Assembly: GCF_963921235.1 (NCBI RefSeq)
Contig: NC_086109.1
Coordinates: forward strand, 2,978,001 to 3,042,000
Direction of reading: 5' to 3'
DNA length: 64,000 nt
Origin: Mobula hypostoma
Taxonomy: Eukaryota
This document shows, in pieces, positions 38,441 to 50,082 of this stretch. Position numbers and translations under genes: made by a program. The notes below the pieces were generated by a model, which was not told the DNA's origin, made no database searches, and saw only the letters and a list, made by a program, of their open reading frames with translations. The number at the start of each line of letters is the position of its first letter. The stretch's first letter is position 1.

Positions 38441-39411
38441 ATGTTGCAGCTTTTCTCTGGAACACGTGTTCCCAACTTTTTAATGCCATGGACCCCTACC
38501 ACTGACTGAAGAACCCCAGTTCCAGATAAATGTCATTACGCTGGTCCAATAGGACAGGAAGGAACTTTGTGATGCCAATGGGTCAAGTTCCTTTGCGTGG
38601 TGAATGTGTTTGTAAATCAGCCAGTAATGTCTGAATGAGAATCTCATTTCCACTTTAGAATATCTACAATCCAGGATCTCCTGCCCATGCTACAACGAGG
38701 CATCAGTGCCGTGCAAAAACTAATTAACACACATTACAAAATTAAACTTTGGCAACTAGTTGAATCCAAAGATGAATTCAGTTCACCAGGGAGGGGAAGA
38801 ACTTTCAATAAAAGTACTAGAATTTATTTAAACTGCAATAAATACAACAGATTTTATAACCCAGTACAAGGTTACCAAGAATTTGAACATGACCTCTCAT
38901 GGGATTTATGCTTTGAAAAGCGGTGTTGTAATATTTAATGTCCATTAACTTTCTTATTCATCGGGCTCACGGTTATTATGCAGAATTTTAAATCCTGAAG
39001 GATTTTTGCCACGTTATGTCTCTATTTCATTTTTTTTAATTTCCTACCTTTTTTAAGAATAAAGTAGAAGGAAGGCCCAAGCAAGGAGTTCAATCCCAAC
39101 AGTATTTTCCTGCACTCTTTGATAACAAGCAATCTTGCAACTCATTTTTCTTTCACAAATGGCTATCAGAGCCTTTTAATTCTTTTTGTTTTATTTAACC
39201 ACCGACCTACAATAAGGAGTAATTTACAGAAACCAATTAACCTACCAGAACAGCCTTGGGAAGCAGCAGGAAGCTGAAGCATTCGGGGGAAATGACGCAG
39301 TCCGAGGGAAACGTGCAAACTCTTCTCCTGAAGACAGGATGGGCCCCATTGGCCATGAAGCAACAACAGACCCACCATGACCAAATCTAGAGAAAGTAGA
39401 TGGCTTTAGAT

Positions 39412-40586
39412 CATCATCATCATCAGGTGCCATGCCCAGTTTGAGCTTTGACTGCCATGGCCCACACACTCCTGTTTCGGGTCAAGTGGATCAATTCATT
39501 GGTATTCATTTCCAGTTCTCTGGCTGCTGTCTCCATCATCATTTGTCTTTGTCTTCATTTGGGGAGAAGATGGCGGCGCGACAGCAGCGTGCGCGGCCTC
39601 TCTGGTGATGAATATCTGTTAAATGTCAAGTAGGGGACCATGCACAATCCTGATTTGATGGAGACAGATGTGAGTGCACAACGGAACATCTGGAAAACTT
39701 CTGAAATGTCTGCTTTGCTACCGCTGCTACTGTGTGGTAACCGGAATCTCTTGAGCTGGAGGCCTCGAAATCCTCGGCTTTGTGTGTTTCAGTGGCCGGG
39801 GAGAGGTCGAAGGCGCTCGGCAGAGGATGGCGCTCGGGAGGCTGTATCGGAGAGGCTGGTCAGAGGCTCGGAGTTTTTGGATGGATGGACTCAGGGTCGG
39901 CTGTGGTCGGCTGCTTCCGAGGTATCAGCAAGTTGACCGTGCCTGGAGGTTTATGGCAGGGAGTTTCTCCCTTTTGCTGCCGCTATCAGGGACTCGGGAT
40001 TCGATCGACTCGGGGACTTTGAGTCTATTCTTTTTACTGTGCCAATGAACTGTTCTTCATCAAATTATGGTATTGCTTTGCACTGCTGTAACTATATGTT
40101 ATAATTATGTGGTTCTGTCAGTGTTAGTCTTTGGTCTGTCTTGTTTTCTGTGATATCCCTCCGGAGAAACATTGTATCATTTCTTAATGCATGTATGCAT
40201 TTCTAAATGACAATAAAAGAGGACTGAGTGTTCTGATAATCTATCTATCTATCCTCTTGCTTTCTTCCCTTCAACCTTTCCCATAATTACCATGCATTCT
40301 AACTCCTCTTTCCTAATCACATGTCCAATGAAGTTACTTTGCCTTTTCATGATCTCATACATTATTTCTCTTTTTGTGTTTGCTCTGTTCATGACATCCC
40401 CGTCAGATATTTTTTTCATCCATGATATTCTTTACATCCTCCTCAAAAACCACATCTCTGCTGCTACAATTTGTTTCCTCATTTTACTAGATATTGTCCA
40501 CCATTCTGAGCCATATAACATAACTGGTTAAAAGTAACATTTCAGTACTCCTCACTGGTTGCAGTTTAGAGTCATACCCAGGACTT
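39412..40586 (-). mobile_element. 5'-truncated RTE LINE with (GAT)n tail and 11-bp TSD, containing a nested family A element
   Basis: Minus-strand RVLKCY...MLYGSEWWT...AAEMWFLRRM...FIGHVIRKEELE...GKVEGKKARG. TSD TGGCTTTAGAT at 39401-39411 and 40587-40597. Confidence 0.85.
39560..40252 (+). mobile_element. Non-autonomous short retroelement (family A)
   Basis: Starts AAGATGGCGGCG and ends aatgacaataaaagaggactg...aatctatctatct. Homologs at 47656-48275 and 61380-61958. Confidence 0.8.
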
Positions 40587-42179
40587 TGGCTTTAGATACC
40601 CCATCTAAATCCAATGTGTGAAGCAACAACAGACTCATGATCAAATATAGAGAAAGCAAAGAAGATGGCTTTAGATACCCCATCTAAATCCAATGTGTGA
40701 AAATCAGAGCAATATTTAAAGTTTTTAAATTCGCTTGACTGCTTATCATTAAGAAGCAGCTAGAGCTGGACTGATACAATATTCCCACTGATGGGTTAAG
40801 TGGGAGAGCTATCTTTTAGCCTGCTAACATTAGCTGAATTTTTATCAAATTCAAGTTGTAGTTCAATTGAAGTTTATTGCCATCTGACAGTACATATATA
40901 CAAACAAACGAAACAATGATCCTCTGGATCACAGTGTACCCACACAACATATATATATCACATACATCACATCAACCAAAATATTACACTATAAATAAGT
41001 CAATAGAATATAATTCAAAATATATGTAGCAAATCCTGGCACAGGTAAACAGTAAACAGCTTGCTGTCCAAGTGATGAGACCTCGTTGGTGCCGGGTATT
41101 CATTAGTCTCACAGCCTGTGGGAAATAGTTGGTACCGAAGTTTAAGCCTAATGTTACTGTTAGTCACGTTTATGTCTAATTGATATGAGCTGACACAATG
41201 ACCTGCCAAAGTCGAGTTGAAATGATTCGTGCTGGTCTCTGATTACTTTCATTAGTTGACGAGTACAGGAAGAGTTTAACGTTCACAAGAAACTTGAGTC
41301 TATATGCAAAACTCCCTAAGTTGAGGGGTGTTTGGCTCTGGAACCTAAAATCACATTTCTCATTGCTTGTGCAATGCTGACCTCTCAGTGACGTATCTCA
41401 GCTACTGGTTTCTGCTTAAGCCTACCTCGGTACATTCGATAATAATAAATTGATTTACCAATTTAATATTTAAATAGACGAAGCTCTGGGTGAAACCTGT
41501 CGTTTTTACAATTTCATTATTTAAAGGGAACAGTACCACCATAGTGAATTTATTTTAGTTTTATCACCATTTAAATTAACGGAGAACAAGATCTGCACCA
41601 AATTCAAAGTGAATGCAATTCAATTGTGCAAGTTCATGGTGGGAACATTACGAGTTAAATGTCTGATGATTAAATAAATTGCTTATTCTAGTGAGACGAA
41701 GCTTTATTGCAGCAGATTGTATCAGTCCTATCTTTATTTTCTCTCATGGTTATAAAATGTCATCTCGAAAACCATTTGTGTTCCTTCTAAATGGAATCAA
41801 TTCATTTTTCATCAAAATCCAATCATCATATCCTTTGAAATTCATGATCCTAACTCCCCGTGTCAGATGGCTCCTCCTTTAGACCTGATGAGCTGTGGAT
41901 ATCAGAATCGGCTGCTGTGATGTGGATTTCTCAGGAATCAGTTTCTATCAGGAAGTTAGGAGCAGAATTGCTCTTCCAGGACACTGTAAATCAGTACTCA
42001 GATACTCCCCGTCATCACATTGACAGATGCCACTTTCCAGTTTTTAACCACTGTGTTTACCAGACAGTGTGTGTCATAAATATTACCACAATTGATTATG
42101 ACCACTACATCATGAGCACAAGATGGTGAACTTCGTTTGCAAAAAAATTAATAATCTATAGATTGGCATATTTTACTTT

Positions 42180-42520
42180 ATTATTCATCGTTATGTGCCG
42201 TGTTGAGTGATGTGGGCAATCATGGTGACCATGATTGTTCTTGGCAAATTTTTCTACAGAAGAGGTTTGCCATTGTCTACTCTTGGGCAGTGTCTTCACA
42301 AGACAGGTGACTCTTGTCTGCCCCGCATCAGAGTGGTCGCATAGCCAGGACTTGTGATATGCACCAGCTGTTCATACGACCATCCACCACCTGCTCCCAT
42401 GGACTCACGTGACCCTGATCGGGGGCTAAGCAGGTGCTACACCTTGCCCAAGGGTGACTTGCAGGCTAGCGGTGGGAAGGAACACCTTGCACCTCCTTTA
42501 GTAGAGATGTATCTCCACCT
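42180..42520 (-). mobile_element. RTE-related SINE-like element (family C)
   Basis: Reverse-complement copy of 13288-13672. Confidence 0.8.
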
Positions 42521-42881
42521 TGCTGCCCTATTTGCTACTTAAACTATCAAAAATTAATTTTAATGACAATGTAGTTTACCAACCAAGCAAATTCAGTAAT
42601 AATTCTGACTCTGTAGAATGTGCATATTTTCAGTGACATTTAAATGTCTGCCTTAAAGTTACAACATTTTTGTAAGACCAATTATACATGAAATGGCCAC
42701 AAAAATGGGACCAATAAAGTTTCATTGAGATCCGCAGTATTTCTCCCTCCACAGATGCTGCCTGTGCTGCTGAGTATTTCCAACTTTTGCTGTTTTGTTT
42801 AAAATTCCATCTGCAACATTTTGCTATCACTTCATTTTGTAGTTCTGAATAAAAAAATTATCCTTTCTATGCTCTATGTCC

Positions 42882-43245
42882 GAGTGGAGATACGTCTCTA
42901 GCAAAGGAGGTGTATGGCGCTTCTTCCCTCCACTAGCCTGCAGGTCACTCTTGGGCAAGGTGTTGAACCTGCTCAGCCTCCAGATCGGGGTCATGGGAAC
43001 CATGGGAGCAGGTGGTGGATGGTCATATGAGCAGCTAGTTCATATCACGTCCTGGTTATGTGGCCACTGACGCCAGGCAGACAACCTCTGAAGAGTATTG
43101 ATAATGACTGGGGTCACCCATCTTGTAAGGACACTGCCCAGAAGGTGGCAATGGCAAACTACTCCTGTGGAAAAATTTGTCAAGAACAAATCATGGTCAT
43201 GAAAAGAGTGTGATCGCCTACGTTATATGACATGGCACATAATGA
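42882..43245 (+). mobile_element. RTE-related SINE-like element (family C)
   Basis: gtggagatacgtctctagcaaaggaggtg...ggcaatggcaaactact...ggcacataatga. Confidence 0.8.
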
Positions 43246-43383
43246 TAACAATATTGATGGACAGAGTAATAATTTTAAAAAGAAAATTCCATTGATGTAT
43301 ACTTACAACTGATTCTATAGATACCTTATAAGAATCTATACACTATAAGTTAATAGCAAACTAATTCGCTAATGCTCTTCCCT

Positions 43384-43397
43384 GTCACCATGGTAAC
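43384..43397. promoter_or_regulatory. RFX X-box motif
   Basis: GTCACCATGGTAAC matches the palindromic X-box consensus. Confidence 0.35.
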
Positions 43398-43479
43398 ACA
43401 AATAGATATAGTAATAATGAAGGCGCATGGGATGTTTGCCTTCGTCAGTCAGAGCCGTAAGTATATAAGTCGCTATGTT

Positions 43480-44000
43480 ATAAGACCATAAGATCATAAG
43501 ATATAGGCTATTTGGCCCATCGAGTCTGCTACACCTTTTCATCATGGCTGATCTATTTTCTTTCTCAGCCCCAATCTCCTGCCTTCCCCCCATCCCTTCA
43601 TGACCTGACTAGTCAAGGATCTATCAACCTCTCCCTTAGATATACCCAGTGACTTCGCCTCCACAGCCACCTGTGGCAACGAATTTTGAAGATTCACCAC
43701 CCTTTGGCTAAAAAAATTCCTCCTCTTCTCCATTCCAAGTGGGTGCCCCTCTTGTCTTAGACCCTCCCCACCAGAGGAAATATACTCTCCACATCCACTC
43801 TGTTGAGGCCTTTCAAGATTCAATGGGTTTCAATGAGGTCACCCCTCATTCTTCAGAATTCCAGTAGGTAGAGGCTCAGAGCCATCAAACGTTCCTCATA
43901 TGATAAGCCTTTCAGTCCCTGAATCATTTTCATGAACCTCCTTTGAACCCTCTCCAATGACAGCACATCCTTTCTTAGACAAGGGGCCCAAAGCTGTTGC
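43480..44000 (-). mobile_element. CR1 3' fragment
   Basis: RRNFFSQRVVNLQNSLPQVAVEAKSL and a (CATAAGA)n tail on the plus strand. Confidence 0.8.
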
Positions 44001-44114
44001 AGCTATCTATATCGAACTTCAGACAGGCACATTTGTGTGTGGTTCTGTTTGCCACACTCCAGGAAGAACCTGGGGGCTTTGGAGAAGATATAGAGGGAAT
44101 ATAGAGGGAATAGA

Positions 44115-44242
44115 GGGACGAAGGGTCTCGGCCTGAAACATCGACTGTACCTCTTCCTAGAGATGCTGCCTGGCCTGCTGCGTTCACCAGCAACTTTGAT
44201 GTGTGTTGCTTGAATTTCCAGCATCTGCAGAATTCCTGTTGC
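44115..44242 (+). mobile_element. PLE-derived mini-insert beginning inside a hammerhead core
   Basis: gacgaagggtctcggcctgaaacatcgactg...gcagaattcctgttg, flanked by agagggaatata on both sides (44092-44103, 44243-44254). Confidence 0.8.
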
Positions 44243-45244
44243 AGAGGGAATATACCAGAGTTTTGTCTGGATGGCACTATATCAGGTAAAGAGAGCAGTC
44301 GGACAAACTTGAGTTGTTCTTTATGTCTGGAAAGTCAGATAAGTTTATAAAATTATAAGAGGCAAAGACAGGAGAGACATCCAGTCTTTTTCCACATCAT
44401 TTACTGGAAGCACAAGTTTAAGGAGAAAATTTAAAGGAGATGGTATGAGGCAAACTCTTTTTATACAGAGGTTGGTAAGTGCCTGGGGCATGCTGCCAGA
44501 GGAGATGGTACATAAATCATAGAACATAGAACAGCACTGGAGAAGGTTTCTCTCTGCACAATTTCTAAGCAGACCGTGATGTTAATTTAAACTAACATCT
44601 ATATTCCTCCATTCCCTGCCTGTTCATGTGCCTGTCCGCATGACTCAAACACTTCTATCAGATCTGCATCCACTACCTTCACTGTTCATACTTCCAGTGG
44701 GATATTGGACAGATACCAGTAAATGGGAGTCACTCAGGAAGGTACCTCAGTTGGGCTGAAGGGCTGTTTCCTTGCTGTATATCTCTGTGACTGAGGTTTT
44801 CACCCATACCATTTATATATATATATCACAACAAAAGTCCCAGCATTGATTCCTGCAGAACAAAGCTCCAGTCAGTATAGCACACCTCCATCACTACCCT
44901 CTCTATTCAATGGCCAAGCCAGTTTGGAATTCAGTCTACCAATTCACCTGGATCCCATGTGAATTTGTCCACTCACCTTGAGGGACTTTATCAAATGTCT
45001 TACTACAGTCCACGCAAACATCCTTACTGGCCTTCTTCAATCACCTTCATCACCTCCTCATGAAAACCCAGTCAGGTTTGTAAGACGTGACCTGTCCCTT
45101 ACAATGCCATCTTATTTAGTAAGCCCTAATAAGGCTATGCTTTTCCCAGTAGATTTGTTCCCTAAGTGCCTTTGCTGGTGTAAGGCTCACTGGCCTGTTC
45201 GCAGCAGTTCAACAGCAATGTTTAAAGGGCATTTTGACAGCCAC

Positions 45245-45565
45245 CCTCCAAGAGGATCACAACCTTGTCGAAGGGTTTGGAGGCTTGTGTGCCCCAATGA
45301 CCCGGAGAGCTATGTTGGCTGGAGTCAGGGCCATGTGCTTTGGCTGTCGGTAGGGTCACCCATGCCAAACAGGTCAAAGGGCAGAGACCAGACAAGGAGT
45401 GGTCCACCAGTCGTCCTGGTTCGGGGGTTCAGCTCAGGACTAGCAAATATTGTTATGGAAACAGCAACGAAGAATCCTTCTATATCTATGTGCGACAGTA
45501 TGGGCAGACAGAGATGGAGGACCTTCATTGCTGCCCTAAATGCCAGCAAAGTAATGGGCAGTACG
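45245..45565 (+). mobile_element. Bipartite RTE-derived non-autonomous element
   Basis: BovB-like 5'UTR (accttgtc...ggcttgtgtgccccaatga...gggtcaccca...gtggtccac) fused to an RTE 3' end. Homolog at 10340-10745. Confidence 0.7.
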
Positions 45566-46449
45566 TAAGTAGACAGCCACATGAACAGGCAGGGGATGGA
45601 TGGAGGGATTTCGATCATACTCGGTATATACATAGTGGAGGGCCTGTTACTGTATTGTCCTGTTCTGTGTCCTGATTTCTAAAGCTCGTTTTTGACTGAA
45701 GCATGATCATGACCATGACTTGCCCATGATATTTCATCGCTTATGGATCGCATTCAGGATGTATTTTTACCAGAAGTGAAATACTCTGCCATACATTTGC
45801 TACTGCTCATAATTCAGCATTAACAGCATCTGCAAGGCTGCAGACGTTTATCAAGTGATCTAATCGATGCACCTTGTTGTTGAAGGGCATCAAGCTTCAT
45901 GCTACTGTCATTCAATTAATACCTAGTTTCTTTGTTTATTCCTTACATCTGGTTTGCATTGAAACACATCTGCAATATGTTCCAGATGATTATTAAGTAC
46001 AGATTAAGCTGATACCTCAGATGATTCTCAACCATCCGAAGGCTAATTTCATCTCACTTTACATAATTTGAAGCATTTATCCAAGCCTCACTGTCCCTCC
46101 TGGAAGCATTTATGAATGTCGAGTAATTGACAAAGTTGGTGCAAACAAATTGAGAAATGCAATAATCATTCAAACTGCTTGAATCCTTCAGACTGAGTTT
46201 CAAATTCATTTATTTATCACATGTACAGAGCATTGAAACATACCATGAAATGCATTGTTTGTGCAAACAGCCAACACAACAAAACAGCCAGACCGGAGCA
46301 ATGAGAAAGCAGGAGGTGTGTCTGCTTGTCACCACTGATGTCAGAGGAGGGCCACTCTACTCGATTGATCCCTCTCCCTCTTTCATTGAAGAGTGAAAGC
46401 CGGTCAGTCCTCAAGACAGGGGGGCTTGGAGAAGCAACGCGGAAGGTTG

Positions 46450-46830
46450 TAATGTCAGAACAGTAAGTTGCTGGTCTCCACTTTCATTGCAGCAGGAGTG
46501 ACCTCTCTTTCCCTCGATGGAGAGATACAGCCTGCCTGAATACCAAAGTACTGGACTGTAGTTTTGATAGACTCTAGATCTCTGGGTCAAGGACTCTTTG
46601 GGGCTTCTGCTGTTGAGGAGGTCAGGTCTTCTGCTGATGCTAGTGGAGGGGGAGATGCCGTTGCCTTTGCTGTTGCTTGTGCGAAGGGAGTTTGGAGCAG
46701 GGGCTTTGATGTTTCTATCATTCATTCTATGGGATTTCTTGTTTTGTGGATGTCTGTGAAGAGTACAAATTTCAGGTTGTATACTATATACATACTCTGA
46801 TATTAAATGAAACTTTAAACCTTTGAACCT
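46450..46830 (+). mobile_element. Family B element, partial
   Basis: gcaggagtgacctctctttccctcg and ttcaggttgtatactatatacatactctgatattaaatg, with a (TTTGAAC)-like tail. Confidence 0.65.
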
Positions 46831-46899
46831 AAGGATATACTGGAGATAATGGCAAATGTTGCCACACCGTTGGGTGCTCACTGTTAAATAATGAGGCAG

Positions 46900-47503
46900 T
46901 ATAGTGATGTGCAACACATATTTAAGGCATCCATTAGTCTTGTGAGACCATGGATCTGCACCTGGAAAGTCTTCACTCTCCAGGGTGCAGGCCTGGGCAA
47001 GGTTGTATGGAAGACCAGCAGTTGCCCATGCTGCAAGTCTCCCCTGTCCACGACACCAATGTTGTCCAAGGGAAGGGCATTAGGACCCATACACCTTGGC
47101 ACCAGTGTCATTGCAGAGCAATGTGTGGTTAAGTGCCTTGCTCAAGAACACAACACGTTCCCTCGGCTGGGGATCGAACTCACGACCTGCAGGTTGCTAG
47201 TCCGATGCCTTAACCACTTGGCCACATGCTACATACAGAGCTAGAAATAACAACACACAGTCTGTAAGTTGCTCTTGAGACTAGTTTATTCAAACTTCGC
47301 AGCACGAGCTTTTACGAAGTTCCGTTCCCGCCCTCTCCGGGCGGAAGCAACATCAGAGGTGCATTACAAAGACTCTCCCCGTGCGCGGGCTTTCTCCCCT
47401 TGCTGGTGAAGAAGAAGGCCCAGCGCCATTTTGGGGTTGGCCTCTCTGCCGACGCACGCCATTTTGTAAGCCAGTTCGCCTGCGTAGAAAGTGGGTCGCC
47501 ACA
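46900..47503 (-). mobile_element. Solo LTR (Gypsy-like) with 4-bp TSD, interrupted by a SINE
   Basis: The minus strand runs TGTGGCGA...AATAAA...TCACTATA (degenerate TG...CA inverted termini). TSD GCAG at 46896-46899 and 47504-47507. Confidence 0.65.
46921..47228 (-). mobile_element. tRNA-derived SINE (CORE-like middle, RTE-related tail)
   Basis: The minus strand has A box TGGCCAAGTGG, B box GTTCGATCC and cttgagcaaggcacttaacc. The tail resembles the 3' part of 55165-55680. Confidence 0.75.
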
Positions 47504-47655
47504 GCAGAATCCATTAGGTAGATCCTGGCTGTCCAATTTTACTGAATTATTTGAAGAGGTAACAAAATATATTGATGTGGGCAGGGCAATAGTTGTGAAT
47601 TATATGAACTTTAGAAAGAATTCAAAGTAAAATTCATTATCAGAGTACATGGCAG

Positions 47656-48275
47656 GAGGAGAAGATGGCAGCGCTACGCGCGGGCAGCTCTCCGGTGAAA
47701 TGATATTGTTTCTGTTAAATAGGGGCCGTGAATGATTCTGATTTGATGGAGACAGATGTGAAAGCACAGAGGAACATCTGGAGAAATTTCTGAAACGCCG
47801 GTTCACTGCTGCCATTACTGGGCGATCGAGAATCCTCCGGAGGGAAGGCCCCAAAATCCCCGGTTTTGCCTGCTGCTGGCGACCGAGGCTGAGGTCGAAT
47901 CGTTTGGATAGAGATGGTGCTCGGCACTTGGTGTCGGAGGGCTGATCGGAGGCTTGAAGTTTTCGGACGACTCAGAGTCGGACTGTGGTCGGGCATGGCA
48001 GGGAGAGTTTTCTTCCTTCTCCCATCTGTGTGAGATGTGGGACTTTCAAGAGACTTTGAACTTTTTTACTGTGCCATGGCCTGCTCTTCATCAAGTTATG
48101 GTATTGTTGCACTGTTGTAACTATATGTTATAATTATGTGGTTTTTGTTAGTTTTTCAGTCTTGGTCTGTCCTGTGTTTTTGTGATATCACACCGGAGGA
48201 ATATTGTATCATTTCTTAATGCATGCATTACTAAATGACAATAAGAGAGGACTGCCATATCCTCATAATCTAATA
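47656..48275 (+). mobile_element. Family A short retroelement
   Basis: AAGATGGCAGCG start. Highly similar to 61380-61958. Confidence 0.85.
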
Positions 48276-48429
48276 CGTCACAACATACAACACTGGGATC
48301 CTTTTTCTGCCAGCAAATCTGTAAACAGGATCAATAGACAACAAACTGTGCAAATGCTGATATAAATAAATAGCAATAAATAACGAGCATGAAATAATAA
48401 GATAAAAGAGTCTTTAAAACAACTTCCTA

Positions 48430-48870
48430 TATTGGAGAACGGTTCAACACTGAGGCAAACTGGTTCCAAAATTTTCATTGCAAAAGGAGTGTTTATAAAA
48501 GGTTGATATTTGGATTCAGATACCTCTGAGAAGACATCTTTGTCAAACTGGAAAACCCGTCCCTGTACAGAGGGGATGGAGTACGACCCCACCTATCAGC
48601 TACTCACAATGCAGTCCTAACATCTCTACCCCGGCATCTCCACAGCAGTTCACACCTCCATTCATGCAAAGATAGGACTAATGACCCTCTCATTACCTCT
48701 ATGAGTCTTAATGACCCTCATGTGATTGCTATATCATTAAACAATTCACTGAGTTTATAAACCAGAAAACTACCCACCATGGATTAGAACTGAAGAAGTT
48801 TCTTGGATGAGTGGTGAAGCATCTTTTAGGCAATAGAGCAAGTCCAGCTACCTTGATATACCTCTGAGAA
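48430..48870 (+). mobile_element. Penelope-like element 3' fragment (second family) with decayed hammerhead
   Basis: IFVKLENPSLYRGDG...HLSATHNAVL remnant. tagaa-CTGAAGA-...-GAAGCATC-tttta at 48785-48828. Confidence 0.65.
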
Positions 48871-49874
48871 GTGGTGTACCACAGGGATTTGCAATGTGCT
48901 CTTTGCTCTTTGTAATAATTGTGAAAGACTTGTACTTGGAAACAGAAGTGGGAGGCAAATTTAGTTGGCCTTTGGATGATTCAAAGATAGGTGGAATTAT
49001 TGATGGTGTGGAAGGTAGTCAGGCTGCAGAGAGATATCAACCTGAAATCAAATTGTCCTTTATTATGGCGATACAATCAGTTTCTTGGTAATTAATCAGA
49101 TAGTAATATGAACATTAACCCTGCTTCTAGAATTATTATACTTTTTCAGGTCATCAGAAAAATAATATAAAACCAATCACAAGGAAAATCATCATCAAGA
49201 CCCCAATGAAATAAGCCAACCTCCAGTTCTGCCATTCAGTACTGACACTGTGGGCAATATGTGCCTCAGATATCGAGAAGCCGTAAATGACAGCAGCATC
49301 AAGATTGCTGATTCATTGCTGGGCGTGAGATCATCACAACTCTTCGGCTAATGCCATGGACACGATGCCTCCTGACTGTGTCTTAGTTCATTCCTGGTCG
49401 GAGATGTGGATCTCCAGCTGTCCATGGGATGGAGACAAACCCATGGATTCCCTAAACCAGGAGGTGATCCTGCTCTTTGCACTGGAAGTGGTCTTCACAG
49501 TGGAGATCAGACCAGTGAATAGGTGCTGCCAAATCAAAATCCTTGCTCAGGAGCTGAAGGAAACAATGAAAGGTTGAGTGGGAAGTAATTATTTACTTGG
49601 CCTCTTAGCTCCTAAGTGGAGCAAAGGCCACCAATGATCTCCCATCTCCATCGGCCTCTGAACTCAATGGTGTGGTTGGAGTTCAACGCATCTGCAATCC
49701 ATTACATCCACTACACAGGGGCTTAGCCTATACAGCTTCAACCTGTTGGCTGTCCTTACCCATTTCTCCCTCTCACGATGGGGACATAGGGTTGGACTTT
49801 GAGAGTCCTGGGAAGTAGTACAGGACAGAATTTTCTTCAGCGTGGGAAGCGAGGGGTGACGTCCATGCTCCCGG

Positions 49875-50082
49875 TATAAGAACATAAGAAATAGGAGCAG
49901 GAGTAGGCCATCCGGCTCATCGAGCCTGCCCCGCCATCCAATAAGCTCATGGCTGATCTGTCCGTAAACTCAGCTCCATCTACCTGCCTTTTCCCCATAA
50001 CCCTTAATTCCCCTACTATGTAAAAATCTATCTAACTGTATCTTAAATATATTTTTTGAAGAAGCCTCAGCTGCTTCCCTGG
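49875..50082 (-). mobile_element. Young CR1 3' end
   Basis: ataagaacataagaaataggagcaggagtaggcc tail, with CpGs retained. Confidence 0.8.

Noticed and set aside
38655..38938. Open frame after an acceptor-like tttccactttag
   Set aside because: No convincing donor site and an unrecognisable peptide.
44978..45568. 196-aa ORF
   Set aside because: It reads through an antisense CR1 fragment and an RTE-derived non-coding repeat.
47150..47228. tRNA-like sequence
   Set aside because: It is a SINE head with A/B boxes continuing into a SINE body, and it has no complete cloverleaf.
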